Below the pieces are notes generated by a model. That model was not told where the DNA came from. It worked only from the letters and a program-made list of their open reading frames with translations, and did not search any database. A program made the translations under genes and the position numbers. From positions 3,648,001 to 3,712,000 of the forward strand of contig OZ244561.1 in NCBI GenBank assembly GCA_965217585.1: 64,000 bases of DNA, in the 5' to 3' direction. This document shows positions 24,433 through 33,800 of the stretch, piece after piece. The stretch's first letter is position 1. Every line of letters begins with the position of its first letter. This stretch comes from Candidatus Latescibacterota bacterium (GTDB lineage: Bacteria; Latescibacterota; UBA2968; UBA8231).

Positions 24433-26565
24433 GTGCGGACCCTCGCACTTATCGGTAATCCCAACACGGGCAAGACCACGCTTTTTAATGCCCTAACCGG
24501 CCTTTCGCAGCACGCCGGCAACTACCCGGGCGTCACTGTGGAACACAAGGTGGGGACCCTGGCGCTGGATGGGGGAGATGCGCTAGACCTGATTGACCTG
24601 CCCGGCGCCTATAGCCTCGCTGCTCATTCGCCCGACGAGATGCTGGCCATTGACGTGCTCTTAGGTCAACAGCAAGATGCGCCGCCCATAGATGGCATCT
24701 TGGCGGTCGTCGATGCCAGCAATCTGCGGCGCAACCTCTACTTGGTTTCCCAGCTCGCGGAAATAGATGTGCCCTTGGTCGTGGCCCTCAATATGGGGGA
24801 CATAGCAATCCGGCGGGGCATTCACATCGACGCCAGTGCCTTGTCTGAAGCGCTCGGCGTGCCGGTGGTACCCATCTGCGCTCACCGTCGGCAGGGGCTG
24901 GACGAGCTGCGGTGCACTTTGGCGGCTTTGAGCGCGGATCCAGCGCCCGCGCGGTCGCAGCGGCTGGAGCTGCCCGACCAGCTCCAGCGCGCCACCGCCG
25001 AGTTGCAAGCCGCGGTCTCCGGGCCGCTCTCCCCAGTAGAGGCCCTGCGCGCCTTAGTCGATGAAGACGGCTATGCCGAGCACCGCCTGTTGGCGTCCGT
25101 TGGTGATGGCATCGTTGCCCGCTTGCACGGCCTGCGCACGGCCGGCGCGGATTCTCTGTCCGAGCTAGAAAGCAACGCCCGCTATGCTTGGATCGACGGC
25201 CTGCTCGCGCGGGCGATTTCCCAGCCCGGTCGCTTAGAGGGCCGCCGCTCGGATCGGGCCGACCGCATTCTCGCGCACCGCCTCTTCGGCGTGGCAATTT
25301 TTGTACTGGTCAATGTCTTGGTCTTCGAAGCCATTTACACTTGGTCGGGGCCGCTGATGGATGGGGTTGACGTGCTCTTTGCCGCCTGCAGCACCCGCGC
25401 CGCGGCGCTCATTCCCCCCGGCCCCCTGCAAAGCCTCGTCGTCGATGGCCTCATCGCCGGCGTCGGCGGCGTGCTCATCTTCCTGCCGCAGATCGCCATC
25501 TTGTTCTTTTTTATTGCCCTGCTCGAAGACAGCGGCTACATGGCCCGGGCCGCGCTGTTGATGGATCGGCTGCTGACCCGCGTGGGGCTTTCCGGCACGG
25601 CCTTCATTCCCCTGCTGTCCAGCTTTGCCTGCGCCGTCCCGGGGATCATGGCCGCCCGCACCATTGAAGACCGGCGCGACCGCTTTGCCACCATCTTGGT
25701 CGCGCCGCTGATGAGCTGTTCGGCGCGCCTGCCGGTGTACGTGCTCTTCATCGGGGCCTTTGTCCCAGACCACTCGCTGTTGGGTGGGATCATCGGCTTG
25801 CAGGCTCTGACTCTGCTCGCCTTCTATTGCCTCGGCGCGCTCGTCGCCATCCCGGTGGCTTGGTTGCTCAAGCGGACCTTGCTTAGCGGCGATCCCCCGC
25901 CCTTTCTGCTGGAATTGCCTTCCTACAAGACGCCCGATCTACGCACGGTGCTGCTGCGAGTGTACCACAGTAGTCGGGCCTTTGTCGTCCGCGCTGGCAG
26001 CCTCATCTTGGCGACGACTATTGCGATGTGGGCGCTGGCGTACTTCCCGCGCCCGGCAGCCGTGGTCGAGCGCCACCAAGTTGAGCGCCAAGCGATTGCG
26101 CCCGCAGCTCTCGACGCCTTGGAAAAGCGCCAGGCGGCCGAGCTGGTAGAAAACAGCTATCTCGGCCAAGCCGGGCACTGGGTCGCGCCGGCCGTGCGTC
26201 CTTTGGGATGGGACTGGCGCATCGGCATGGCGGTTATCGCCTCTTTCCCGGCCCGCGAAGTCATCATCGCGGCCTTGGGCACCATCTACAGCCTCGGCGC
26301 GGGCGAGGACGAAGGCTCCGAGAGCCTGCGCACGACCTTGGCCTCCGTTACTTGGCCGGATGGCCGCCCGATTTACACCCTGCCGGTGGCGCTGTCGATC
26401 ATGGTCTTCTTCGCCCTCTGCGCCCAGTGTCTCTCGACCTTGGTCGTCATCCAAAAAGAGACCGGCTCCTATCGCTGGTCTCTGCTCAGCTTTGGCTATA
26501 TGACGACCCTTGCTTATGTCGGTGCGCTGGCGACCTACCAAGTCGGCACGGCCTTGGGTTTTTGA
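24433..26565 (+). CDS. feoB: Ferrous iron transport protein B
   Basis: GNPNTGKTT, GNYPGVTVE, DLPGAYS, LEDSGYMARAA, CAVP, MSCSARLPVY, ELPSY. Confidence 0.97.
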   Translation: MRTLALIGNPNTGKTTLFNALTGLSQHAGNYPGVTVEHKVGTLALDGGDALDLIDLPGAYSLAAHSPDEMLAIDVLLGQQQDAPPIDGILAVVDASNLRRNLYLVSQLAEIDVPLVVALNMGDIAIRRGIHIDASALSEALGVPVVPICAHRRQGLDELRCTLAALSADPAPARSQRLELPDQLQRATAELQAAVSGPLSPVEALRALVDEDGYAEHRLLASVGDGIVARLHGLRTAGADSLSELESNARYAWIDGLLARAISQPGRLEGRRSDRADRILAHRLFGVAIFVLVNVLVFEAIYTWSGPLMDGVDVLFAACSTRAAALIPPGPLQSLVVDGLIAGVGGVLIFLPQIAILFFFIALLEDSGYMARAALLMDRLLTRVGLSGTAFIPLLSSFACAVPGIMAARTIEDRRDRFATILVAPLMSCSARLPVYVLFIGAFVPDHSLLGGIIGLQALTLLAFYCLGALVAIPVAWLLKRTLLSGDPPPFLLELPSYKTPDLRTVLLRVYHSSRAFVVRAGSLILATTIAMWALAYFPRPAAVVERHQVERQAIAPAALDALEKRQAAELVENSYLGQAGHWVAPAVRPLGWDWRIGMAVIASFPAREVIIAALGTIYSLGAGEDEGSESLRTTLASVTWPDGRPIYTLPVALSIMVFFALCAQCLSTLVVIQKETGSYRWSLLSFGYMTTLAYVGALATYQVGTALGF

Positions 26566-26566
26566 A

Positions 26567-26704
26567 ATGGACTGGCAAACGCCGGTGGCCGTCGCTGTTG
26601 CCGCGCTCGCTGGAGCGTACGTGCTGTGGCGTTTGGCGCGGCCTTTTTTCCAAGACAAGTCCCACCGCGACGAACCTTTGCAGATAGGGAACTCGGACGA
26701 CTAG
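26567..26704 (+). CDS. Small FeoB-associated membrane protein (45 aa)
   Basis: ATG 1 bp after the feoB stop; MDWQTPVAVAVAALAGAYVLWRL single TM; C-terminal PLQIG. Confidence 0.7.
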   Translation: MDWQTPVAVAVAALAGAYVLWRLARPFFQDKSHRDEPLQIGNSDD

Positions 26705-26712
26705 ATATTGCT

Positions 26713-26741
26713 CTGTCATTCTGAGCGGAGTCGAAAAATCT
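26713..26741. repeat. REP-like motif TGTCATTCTGAGCGGAGTCGAAAAATCT
   Basis: Resembles TGTCAT-CTGAGCG-AG-CGAA intergenic repeats; a degenerate copy lies at 23884-23904. Confidence 0.5.
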
Positions 26742-26844
26742 GTTACTGGCAAGGCCGTGTAGGTAGGAGATGCATCGGCGTTCATCGGCCGATAATCATA
26801 TAAATGGTGGCGGGGGCTATATGTCCGCTGGTGCTTGTGGAGGA

Positions 26845-27927
26845 TTACCCCGCTCGCCGCAAAAACCGCTTGCCCGCGAGCTGATCCACCAGCCCGTCGA
26901 GTTCCAACCTCAGCAGCACGTCGAGCAGGGTCGCGGGCGGCAGGGCGCTGTCTTGGGCAAGTTCGTCGATGTGCCGGGGTTGGCGCGAGAGCAGGGCATA
27001 GACGCTCTCTTCCTCCGGGGGAAGAGCGGGCGCGGGCACGGGCGCGTTTTGCGGGCGCGGGCACGCCCACATGGCCAATTCCTCTAGCACGTCCTCCACG
27101 CCTTCGACCAGCTTCGCCCCGTCTTTGATTAGCTGGTGACAGCCCGCGTTGCGGCCCGAGCGCACGTCCCCGGGCACGGCGAAGACCTCGCGGTTTTGAT
27201 CCAGTGCGTGTTGGACCGTAATCAGTGCTCCGCTCTTTTGCGGGGCCTCGACTATGACCACCCCCAAGCTCAGCCCGCTGATGATGCGGTTGCGGCGCGG
27301 GAAGGCTCCCCGCTCCGGCTGCGCCCCCCAAGCGAACTCGGAGACGAGGGCACCACGCTCACGGATTTGGCGGTAGAGCTGGGTGTGGGCGCGGGGATAG
27401 GGCACATCGGCCCCGCAGCCCAACACGGCGATGGTGCGCCCGCCCGCCGCGAGCGCGGCCGCGTGGGCAGCCGCGTCGATGCCGAAAGCCATGCCGCTGA
27501 CGATGCAGATGCCTTGCGCTACTAGGCCGCGGGCTAGCTCACCGACGATCAGCTTGCCGCCATCCGATGCCTTGCGCGAGCCGACGATGGCCACGGTAGG
27601 AGGGGCCAAGTCGTCTGGCCCCAGTGCAAACAGCACGGGGGGCGGCGCGGCGATTTGGCCCAGTAGTTGGGGATAGTCCGCATCCCCCGGGGCTAGGCAA
27701 CGCCCGCCGGCCGCGCAGAGCCGTTGCCACTGCTCGGCGGCCCAAGTGAAGTCGGCCTGAGTGGGACGCTGCTCGGGCGCGTTGGCCCCCACGGCCGCAG
27801 TCCAATTTGTCGCGGCGAGGGCTTCTTGCGCTGAACCAAAATGGTCGAGCAAGCGCCGCACGCGCCCGAGCCGTTCGGCTTGGCTCAGCGCGAGGAGCGC
27901 CTGCACTTCGCGTCGGGACTCAGGCAT
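26845..27927 (-). CDS. dprA: DNA-processing protein DprA
   Basis: AIVGSR, IVSGMAFGID, FPRRNRIISGLS, VEAPQKSGALIT, REVFAVPG; C-terminal winged helix. Confidence 0.97.
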   Translation of the reverse strand: MPESRREVQALLALSQAERLGRVRRLLDHFGSAQEALAATNWTAAVGANAPEQRPTQADFTWAAEQWQRLCAAGGRCLAPGDADYPQLLGQIAAPPPVLFALGPDDLAPPTVAIVGSRKASDGGKLIVGELARGLVAQGICIVSGMAFGIDAAAHAAALAAGGRTIAVLGCGADVPYPRAHTQLYRQIRERGALVSEFAWGAQPERGAFPRRNRIISGLSLGVVIVEAPQKSGALITVQHALDQNREVFAVPGDVRSGRNAGCHQLIKDGAKLVEGVEDVLEELAMWACPRPQNAPVPAPALPPEEESVYALLSRQPRHIDELAQDSALPPATLLDVLLRLELDGLVDQLAGKRFLRRAG

Positions 27928-28414
27928 TTTGGAATTTCTCCCGCAAACGTCGCTCGATACAAGGCGGCACGAACTGGCTCACCTGTCCGCCCATTTGCGC
28001 CACTTGGCGCACGACCGACGAACTGAGATACATGTACTCGGCCTTGGTCATTAGAAAGACCGTGTCGAACTCTGGCCACAGCGAGCGATTGGTCAAGGCC
28101 ATGGCAAACTCGTTTTCGAAGTCGGTCACCGCCCGCAGGCCCCGCACGGCCGTGCGTATGTTGTGCTGCCGCGCATAGTCAACGGTCAAGCCGTTGTGGA
28201 AATCGACCTTGGCTTGGGGCCAATGGCTAATGGCCTCGGAGATCATCGCCCGACTCTCCTCCAGCGAAAAGAGCGGCTCTTTGTTGGGATTGATCGCCAC
28301 CAGCAGGGTGACTTGGGAGAAAATGCCCAAGGCCCGCTCTAAAATGTTTAGGTGGCCAAAGGTGATGGGGTCGAAGCTGCCGGGATAGATGGCCGCGTCT
28401 GCAAAGCCGTTCAT
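27920..28414 (-). CDS. coaD: Phosphopantetheine adenylyltransferase
   Basis: AIYPGSFDPITFGH, RGLRAVTDFENE, LSSSVVR. ATG at 28414. Confidence 0.97.
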   Translation of the reverse strand: MNGFADAAIYPGSFDPITFGHLNILERALGIFSQVTLLVAINPNKEPLFSLEESRAMISEAISHWPQAKVDFHNGLTVDYARQHNIRTAVRGLRAVTDFENEFAMALTNRSLWPEFDTVFLMTKAEYMYLSSSVVRQVAQMGGQVSQFVPPCIERRLREKFQNA

Positions 28415-29577
28415 CAGGGTGCACCTACGACGATGTCCACGGCTGCGTAGAGCCGCGCTCTGACCCAGCCGCGCTCGTCGCTTTTGACGGGCACGAGCAA
28501 AACCTCGCCGAGGGTTGCGACCGCCTCGGCCTGTTGAAACTGGTGCAAGAAGGCACCGATCTGCTGAGGGGACCCAATTCCCCACAATTTTTGCCGCTGG
28601 TGAGTGCCTGCCGACGACAAGGGCCTATGGATAGGCTCGTGGATCGACAGGCTGTCTAGGCCGCTCGCATCGGCCCAGTGGGCCACCTTGCCGAAGAATT
28701 GCTCCGCTTGGTCAGACGAGAGGGCAGCCAATGGAGGAGTGTCCCGCTCGGTAAAGCGGCCTTGGAATGCAAAGAGCAGAGCGCGCTCCTCCGGCCAAAC
28801 CGAAAACGAAACCCGCGATGGCAACCCCTGCAAGCCAAGCCTAAAGGTGCGCAGTGCTTTGTACGAGGGGGTGGTTCCCTCCAGCCGATACTCCCCGGTC
28901 GAGTTGCAATTCAGCGAAGCCACGCGAATCCCGGCGGGAACCTGTTCGTTGATCCGCATGATTTGGTGGCAGGCCGTGCTGCGCTGGGGTGAGGGGGCTT
29001 GAGGCGTCGTCGGGGCCGGTGTGGCGGGACGGGGTGCGTCTTCTCGTTGGACGACGGGATTTGGTGCGATCTCTTGCACGGGACTCAGCGTGGCCTCTTG
29101 TTGCGCCACGAGACTTGGGTTGGCCTCTTGCACGGGGCTCGGCGTGGCCTCTTGCTGCGCCGCAGAACTGAGGGCGACTTCTTGTTGTGCCACAGGGCTA
29201 GATGCGGTCTTTCGCGGTGCCACGGGCTTGGGTTCGATCTCTTGCTGCACTACGGTACTTGGGATAGCCTCTTGCTGTGCCACAGAACTATGGGTGGCCT
29301 CTTGTTGCACCACGGGGCTAGGGTTGGTCTCTTGCCGCTCCACAGGCTTGGGAGCAATCTCTTGTTCTACGGGACTTGGGGTGGCCTCTTGCACTGAGCT
29401 TGGCGTGGTTTTTTGCTGCGCCACGAGAATGAGGGCGTAACCCGTGTTGAAAAGCGACCCCACCAGTGCAGGAAAGAACTGGTGGATCCCGTATAGTCCC
29501 CCACAGACGACTAAGGCCGAAAGCAAGGCTTTTGACCAAGGTGACCGCCGCCGACCGAGGAGCTCGACGCGGATCAT
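28414..29577 (-). CDS. PilN-like membrane protein with a low-complexity repeat linker
   Basis: MIRVELL N-terminus (PilN-type M-I-x-x-x-LL), one TM, QEATPSPV repeats, then VPAGIRVASL...YRLEG. Follows a PilM-like gene. Confidence 0.6.
   Translation of the reverse strand: MIRVELLGRRRSPWSKALLSALVVCGGLYGIHQFFPALVGSLFNTGYALILVAQQKTTPSSVQEATPSPVEQEIAPKPVERQETNPSPVVQQEATHSSVAQQEAIPSTVVQQEIEPKPVAPRKTASSPVAQQEVALSSAAQQEATPSPVQEANPSLVAQQEATLSPVQEIAPNPVVQREDAPRPATPAPTTPQAPSPQRSTACHQIMRINEQVPAGIRVASLNCNSTGEYRLEGTTPSYKALRTFRLGLQGLPSRVSFSVWPEERALLFAFQGRFTERDTPPLAALSSDQAEQFFGKVAHWADASGLDSLSIHEPIHRPLSSAGTHQRQKLWGIGSPQQIGAFLHQFQQAEAVATLGEVLLVPVKSDERGWVRARLYAAVDIVVGAP
29040..29400 (-). repeat. About a dozen 9-10-aa (27-30 bp) QQEATPSPV-type repeats
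   Basis: Recurring gcctcttg(c/t)tgc / gatctcttg units. Confidence 0.85.
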
Positions 29578-30467
29578 TGCGTTAATCCCCGCTGAGCCAG
29601 CCCGACGGCAATGGCATACGCGGACCGCTGCGCGGGCGTGGCGCTGCCGAGCAGCTTGGGATTGACCGCGGCGAGTGGATCGAGGATTGAATGCGGTACC
29701 CCCAAATGCACGGCCAAGCCCTCGCTCCAATACACGACGCCGGCACCCCAAAGGTGCTGGAGGCCGCTGCTGAGCGAGGGCAGCAGCTTGCGCGCTGCGC
29801 CTTCTAAGGCTTCGGTCGCGTCGTCCTCCGCCTCCCAGATGCAATTGGCCAGCGCGGACAGCTCGCCTTCCTCTATGAGCAGGAGCCAACCCTCGCCCAC
29901 ATCTGCATAGAGCAGGAGCGAGAACTTATCTTTGGCGAGCAAATTGGCGCATTCGCTGGCGTTGTACAGGGCAAAAGGCACTAGATCCACGTCGAGTCGA
30001 CCAACCGCCGTCTCCTTGCCTAAGGCGCGGTAGCAGTCGAGGGCGCGGTGGCGCGCCGACACCACAAAACCCCACTGCGAGGTCAGCGCAAAATCGCAGC
30101 TAAACGCCCTCGCTTCTCCGGCCAAGATCTGCTCGGCTTCCCACAGGAGTTGTTCGCAGTTTTCGTGCATAGTCCCCGCCACGAGGGGCCGGCGCTGAAT
30201 GAGGCCCAAGCGTCGGTCCAGCGAGAAACAGGCGTTGCTGTAGTCAAAGTCGTACGTCGCCGCGAGCGCGACCAACTTGGTGGCTAGCTCTTGCCGCTGT
30301 TGCTCGTCGCTCAGGGCCATCGGATCGAAGGGCCGCTCCAACTCGTCGGATGCCAAGACCAGCGGTCGGATGCCGGCGCGGCCAGCGTCTAGGGCGGCGA
30401 CGCGCACGGTCTGACCGCTGATGTGGATCCCGGTGGCCTTTGTCCTGCCAAATCCAAACAATCCCAA
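29574..30467 (-). CDS. Divergent PilM-like (actin/FtsA fold) protein
   Basis: FGFGRTKATGIHISGQTVRVA, QLLWEAEQIL, VDLVPFALYNA, DVG, YAIAVGLAQR. TTG start after AGGAG inferred. Confidence 0.65.
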   Translation of the reverse strand: MGLFGFGRTKATGIHISGQTVRVAALDAGRAGIRPLVLASDELERPFDPMALSDEQQRQELATKLVALAATYDFDYSNACFSLDRRLGLIQRRPLVAGTMHENCEQLLWEAEQILAGEARAFSCDFALTSQWGFVVSARHRALDCYRALGKETAVGRLDVDLVPFALYNASECANLLAKDKFSLLLYADVGEGWLLLIEEGELSALANCIWEAEDDATEALEGAARKLLPSLSSGLQHLWGAGVVYWSEGLAVHLGVPHSILDPLAAVNPKLLGSATPAQRSAYAIAVGLAQRGLTQ

Positions 30468-30490
30468 CCCCTTCTCCTGCAAAATGGCCT

Positions 30491-30883
30491 CTACTCCACT
30501 GTGAGCAAAGGACGGAGCTTTTCTAGCGTCTTCGCGCCGATGCCATTGACTTCGGTTAGTTGCTCTAGCCGTTTGAACGGACCGCGCTCGCGGCGGAAGG
30601 CGACGATCCGCTTGGCGATCTTGGGGCCGATTGCCGGCAGCGCGACTAACTCGGCGACCGTAGCCGAATTGAGCGCGAGCGGACCCTGCTTGGTTGCTTC
30701 CACTTCGCGCGGTGGCGGCGGAGCCACCGCGCGCGGTACGACGCTGAATTCCTCTGAATGCGATGGGCGATACCAATCGCTTACGGCGACGAGCATCCCT
30801 ATGAGCAGGGCTGCCGTCAGGCCGATGAGAGCGCGTTGCTCGCGTCGATTAAACAAAATATCTCCCGCAGCCGCGCCGAGCAA
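30491..30883 (-). CDS. comEA: ComEA-family helix-hairpin-helix DNA-binding protein
   Basis: N-terminal TM; LNSATVAELVALPAIGPKIAKRIVAFR...GPFKRLEQLTEVNGIGAKTLEKL. Confidence 0.9.
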   Translation of the reverse strand: MLGAAAGDILFNRREQRALIGLTAALLIGMLVAVSDWYRPSHSEEFSVVPRAVAPPPPREVEATKQGPLALNSATVAELVALPAIGPKIAKRIVAFRRERGPFKRLEQLTEVNGIGAKTLEKLRPLLTVE

Positions 30884-30888
30884 TATGT

Positions 30889-33800
30889 TTAGCGGAGGAA
30901 GAACGTGCCCGAAAGCCGCACCTCGCGGATCTTCCGCGTCTTGTCTCGCAGGTGGTCTTTGTTGTTCTCGATGCGAATCCGCCCCTCGCCGCGGAAGTTC
31001 GCGCTGAAGTTGTAGGTCATGGACAACTGGGTGCGCCAGCGGTTCTCTTTGCCGTTGGGGACGCGCTCTTCGGCACCCGTGGCGATGGAGCGCGTTTCTC
31101 CTTCAAGCTTGTGTTCCAAGTTGAGGGTGACGTCGCTTTTGAGCCGGCCTAGCAGGGGCAGCCGCCGCGGCTTGAGGCTATGGGTGATCTTGAACGTGGT
31201 GGTCATGTGCTCTCTGTCGCGGGTGCCGCGCAGGGGCTGCGTGCCGTCGCCGCCCTCTGCGCCTGGTTCAAAATCTCGGCTCTCCGAGGTGGAGATCACG
31301 CGCTCGATGGTCGTCGTCGGTCCCCAGCGCCAACGGCCGTTCCACGACGCCCTGAACTCGGTCTTAGTCTCCTCGGAGAGCAGGTTGCCGGGCGCGAGGC
31401 TACCCTCGCCCTCGCTGGCCTCTGAGGTCTCAAAACTCGCGTTTACCTGCGCGCTGTTGATCAATCGCTTTATCAAGGGAATCCGGTCGGCTCGTCCCCA
31501 GCTAAGGCTCAAGCGCGGGTAGGTCCGATCATTGCGCACGCGCAGTCGTTGCTGCGAAGCGCCGCTGCGCTCTGAGGTTTGCTCCTTGGAGTTGACCTTG
31601 ACGCTAATGCCAAAGGGTAACCGCATCCCCGAGCCGGTCTCAAACGAGGCCGTGTGCGACCAATTGTCTTGGTGGGTCAGCCCTTGGGTTTCTTGCCGCA
31701 CCCGCAGTGTGTCTTCGAGGCCGAGTTGATAGGAGAGCGAGGGGCGGTGCAGCAAGTTAAAGTGGCGCGAGTTGGTGTTGCGTCGCCAACTGGCGTTTAC
31801 CGGCTCGACGATGCGGCCGGTCCATCCGGCGAGGCGGCGGAGGATATTGGGGCCTTTTGGTGGCTCGGGCTGGCTTTTCTCCTGCTCGGGCTGGCTTTTC
31901 TCCTGCTCGGGCTGGCTTTTCTCCTGCTCGGGTTGGCTTTTCTCCTGCTCGGGCTGGCTTTTCTCCTGCTTGGGTTGGCTTTTCTCCGAGGTTGGTGCGT
32001 CCTCGTCTGTGTCTCGATTGCGGTTGCGGTCTCGGTCGTCGCGCCGCTGCGCCTTGCGGCTTTGTCCCGGGGACTTGCCCAAGTTCTTGAGCAGGGTCGG
32101 AATTTTGAGATTGAGGCGTGCGGAGAGGTCGTTCTGGTTGTCGATGTCGAGGGTATTGAACGGCAAGCCGCTGATCGAATCGATCGGGGCCACCCCGCGC
32201 CGCTGCGCTGGGTCGTTCTGCTCCCTGTAATTGGCCTTGAAGGTGTAGTTTTGGTCCAGCCACGAGATCAGGCGCAGCGAAAAGCCGAGGTCGGCCGTTT
32301 GTCTGCGTCCGACCTCGCGCCCAAAGCTCCGCTTGTCGAGGGTGAATTTTTTTCGCAAGTCTCGGTCGATCTTGAGGTTGTAGTTGGCCGATAGACCGGA
32401 GAGCGGATTGAGCTTAGAGGCATAGGTTTCGACGAGCGTAAAGTCCTCCTGCTCGGTCGGCTCGTCGTCGCCGCGACGCAGCAGCCGCGAAGTGCGCCGG
32501 CTGCCGTTGACCGCGTAGGTCAGGCTCGAAGGCAGCGGGCGGAACTGCATCTGTGCCCAGCCTTTGGGCATGAACGCCGGCAGCCAACCCATGATCCGCA
32601 GCGCCGGTTTGGGCAGGGGCATGCTGTAGTTGAAGCTCATCGTCTGTGCCTCGCGCTCGTTGATCGGGCGCACCGGGTCCGAGCTGTGTTCGCGCGAATG
32701 CGAGAGCCTGAGGTTCATCTGGTCGAGGGTCCAGCGCAAGATGAAGTTTTTGCCCTGCCGCCGGCTGATGGATACGTCGTAGAATTCCTTGGAGCGGATG
32801 GCCTGTTGCTCTCTCTTTTCTTCGGCGGTCAGCTCCACGTCCGATCCAGGACCGAAGCGCGGCAAGCTGGTCGTGCGGCTGAGGTTCACCTTGAGCGGAA
32901 TCAAAAATCCCCAGCTACTCGGCAAGATCTTTTGCGCGTTGGTGGAGACCGATAGCGCGGCTTCGCGGTCCGTGCTGTTGCCTCCTTGGCCGGTAAAGCT
33001 GCGGAAATTTTCCTGCCGCCAAAGCACGTTGCCGCCGAGGTTGGCAAAGTCGGCTAGCTTGGTGTTGAGATGGGCGTACGCGGCCAGCCCGGGGTCGTTG
33101 CGCGCCTCGTCGAGGCGGAGTTCGTCGAGCAAAACCCGGCCGCTGTACGCGCGGTTTGCGGCCCGGTTGCGCAGGCCCATGCTCAGTTGTTTGATCGACT
33201 GCATCGACGGGTTGCCGCGCACCCGGTAAATGGTTTCCTCGCCGCTGCGCAGGCCCGACCGCGCAAAGACTTGGTCTAGGGAAAAGCGCTCGACTTGGGG
33301 GTCGTAGCCGGCCATGTGGAGCGCTTCCAGCTCGCGTTGGGCGATCTCGGTCTGGCCGTCTAGCGGTGCCCCGCGCGGGTCGATTACCCGGTAGGTGTAG
33401 TAGAACTCGCCCGTGGTGGTATCGGCCCGCCCGGATTGCAGCAGGGCCTTGAGCTGGGAGATGGCCGGCAGATCTACATCTACTTGATTGCCCTTCCAGC
33501 CCTTACGCCCGCCTTCCCAACCCGGGAAGATGGGGCTGATGGCCTCGTAGTAGTTGGTCGAATCCACGCCAAAGCGCACGAAGAGCACCAAGTCGCTCGA
33601 ATCGCCGTGTGCGTATTCAATGGTCCCACTCGAGTCGCCATAGACGTACATGCGCAGCCGCTCGTAGCTGGTGTAATTGGCAGGTCGGGTCAGGATTCTA
33701 GTTGCCGACATCTGGTGCCCAGGCTCTAGGTTGTCGTAGGCCAGCACGAGCGACTGCTCGCGTTCGCGGGTGCGCGACTGCACGTTGCGGCGGATCTTCA

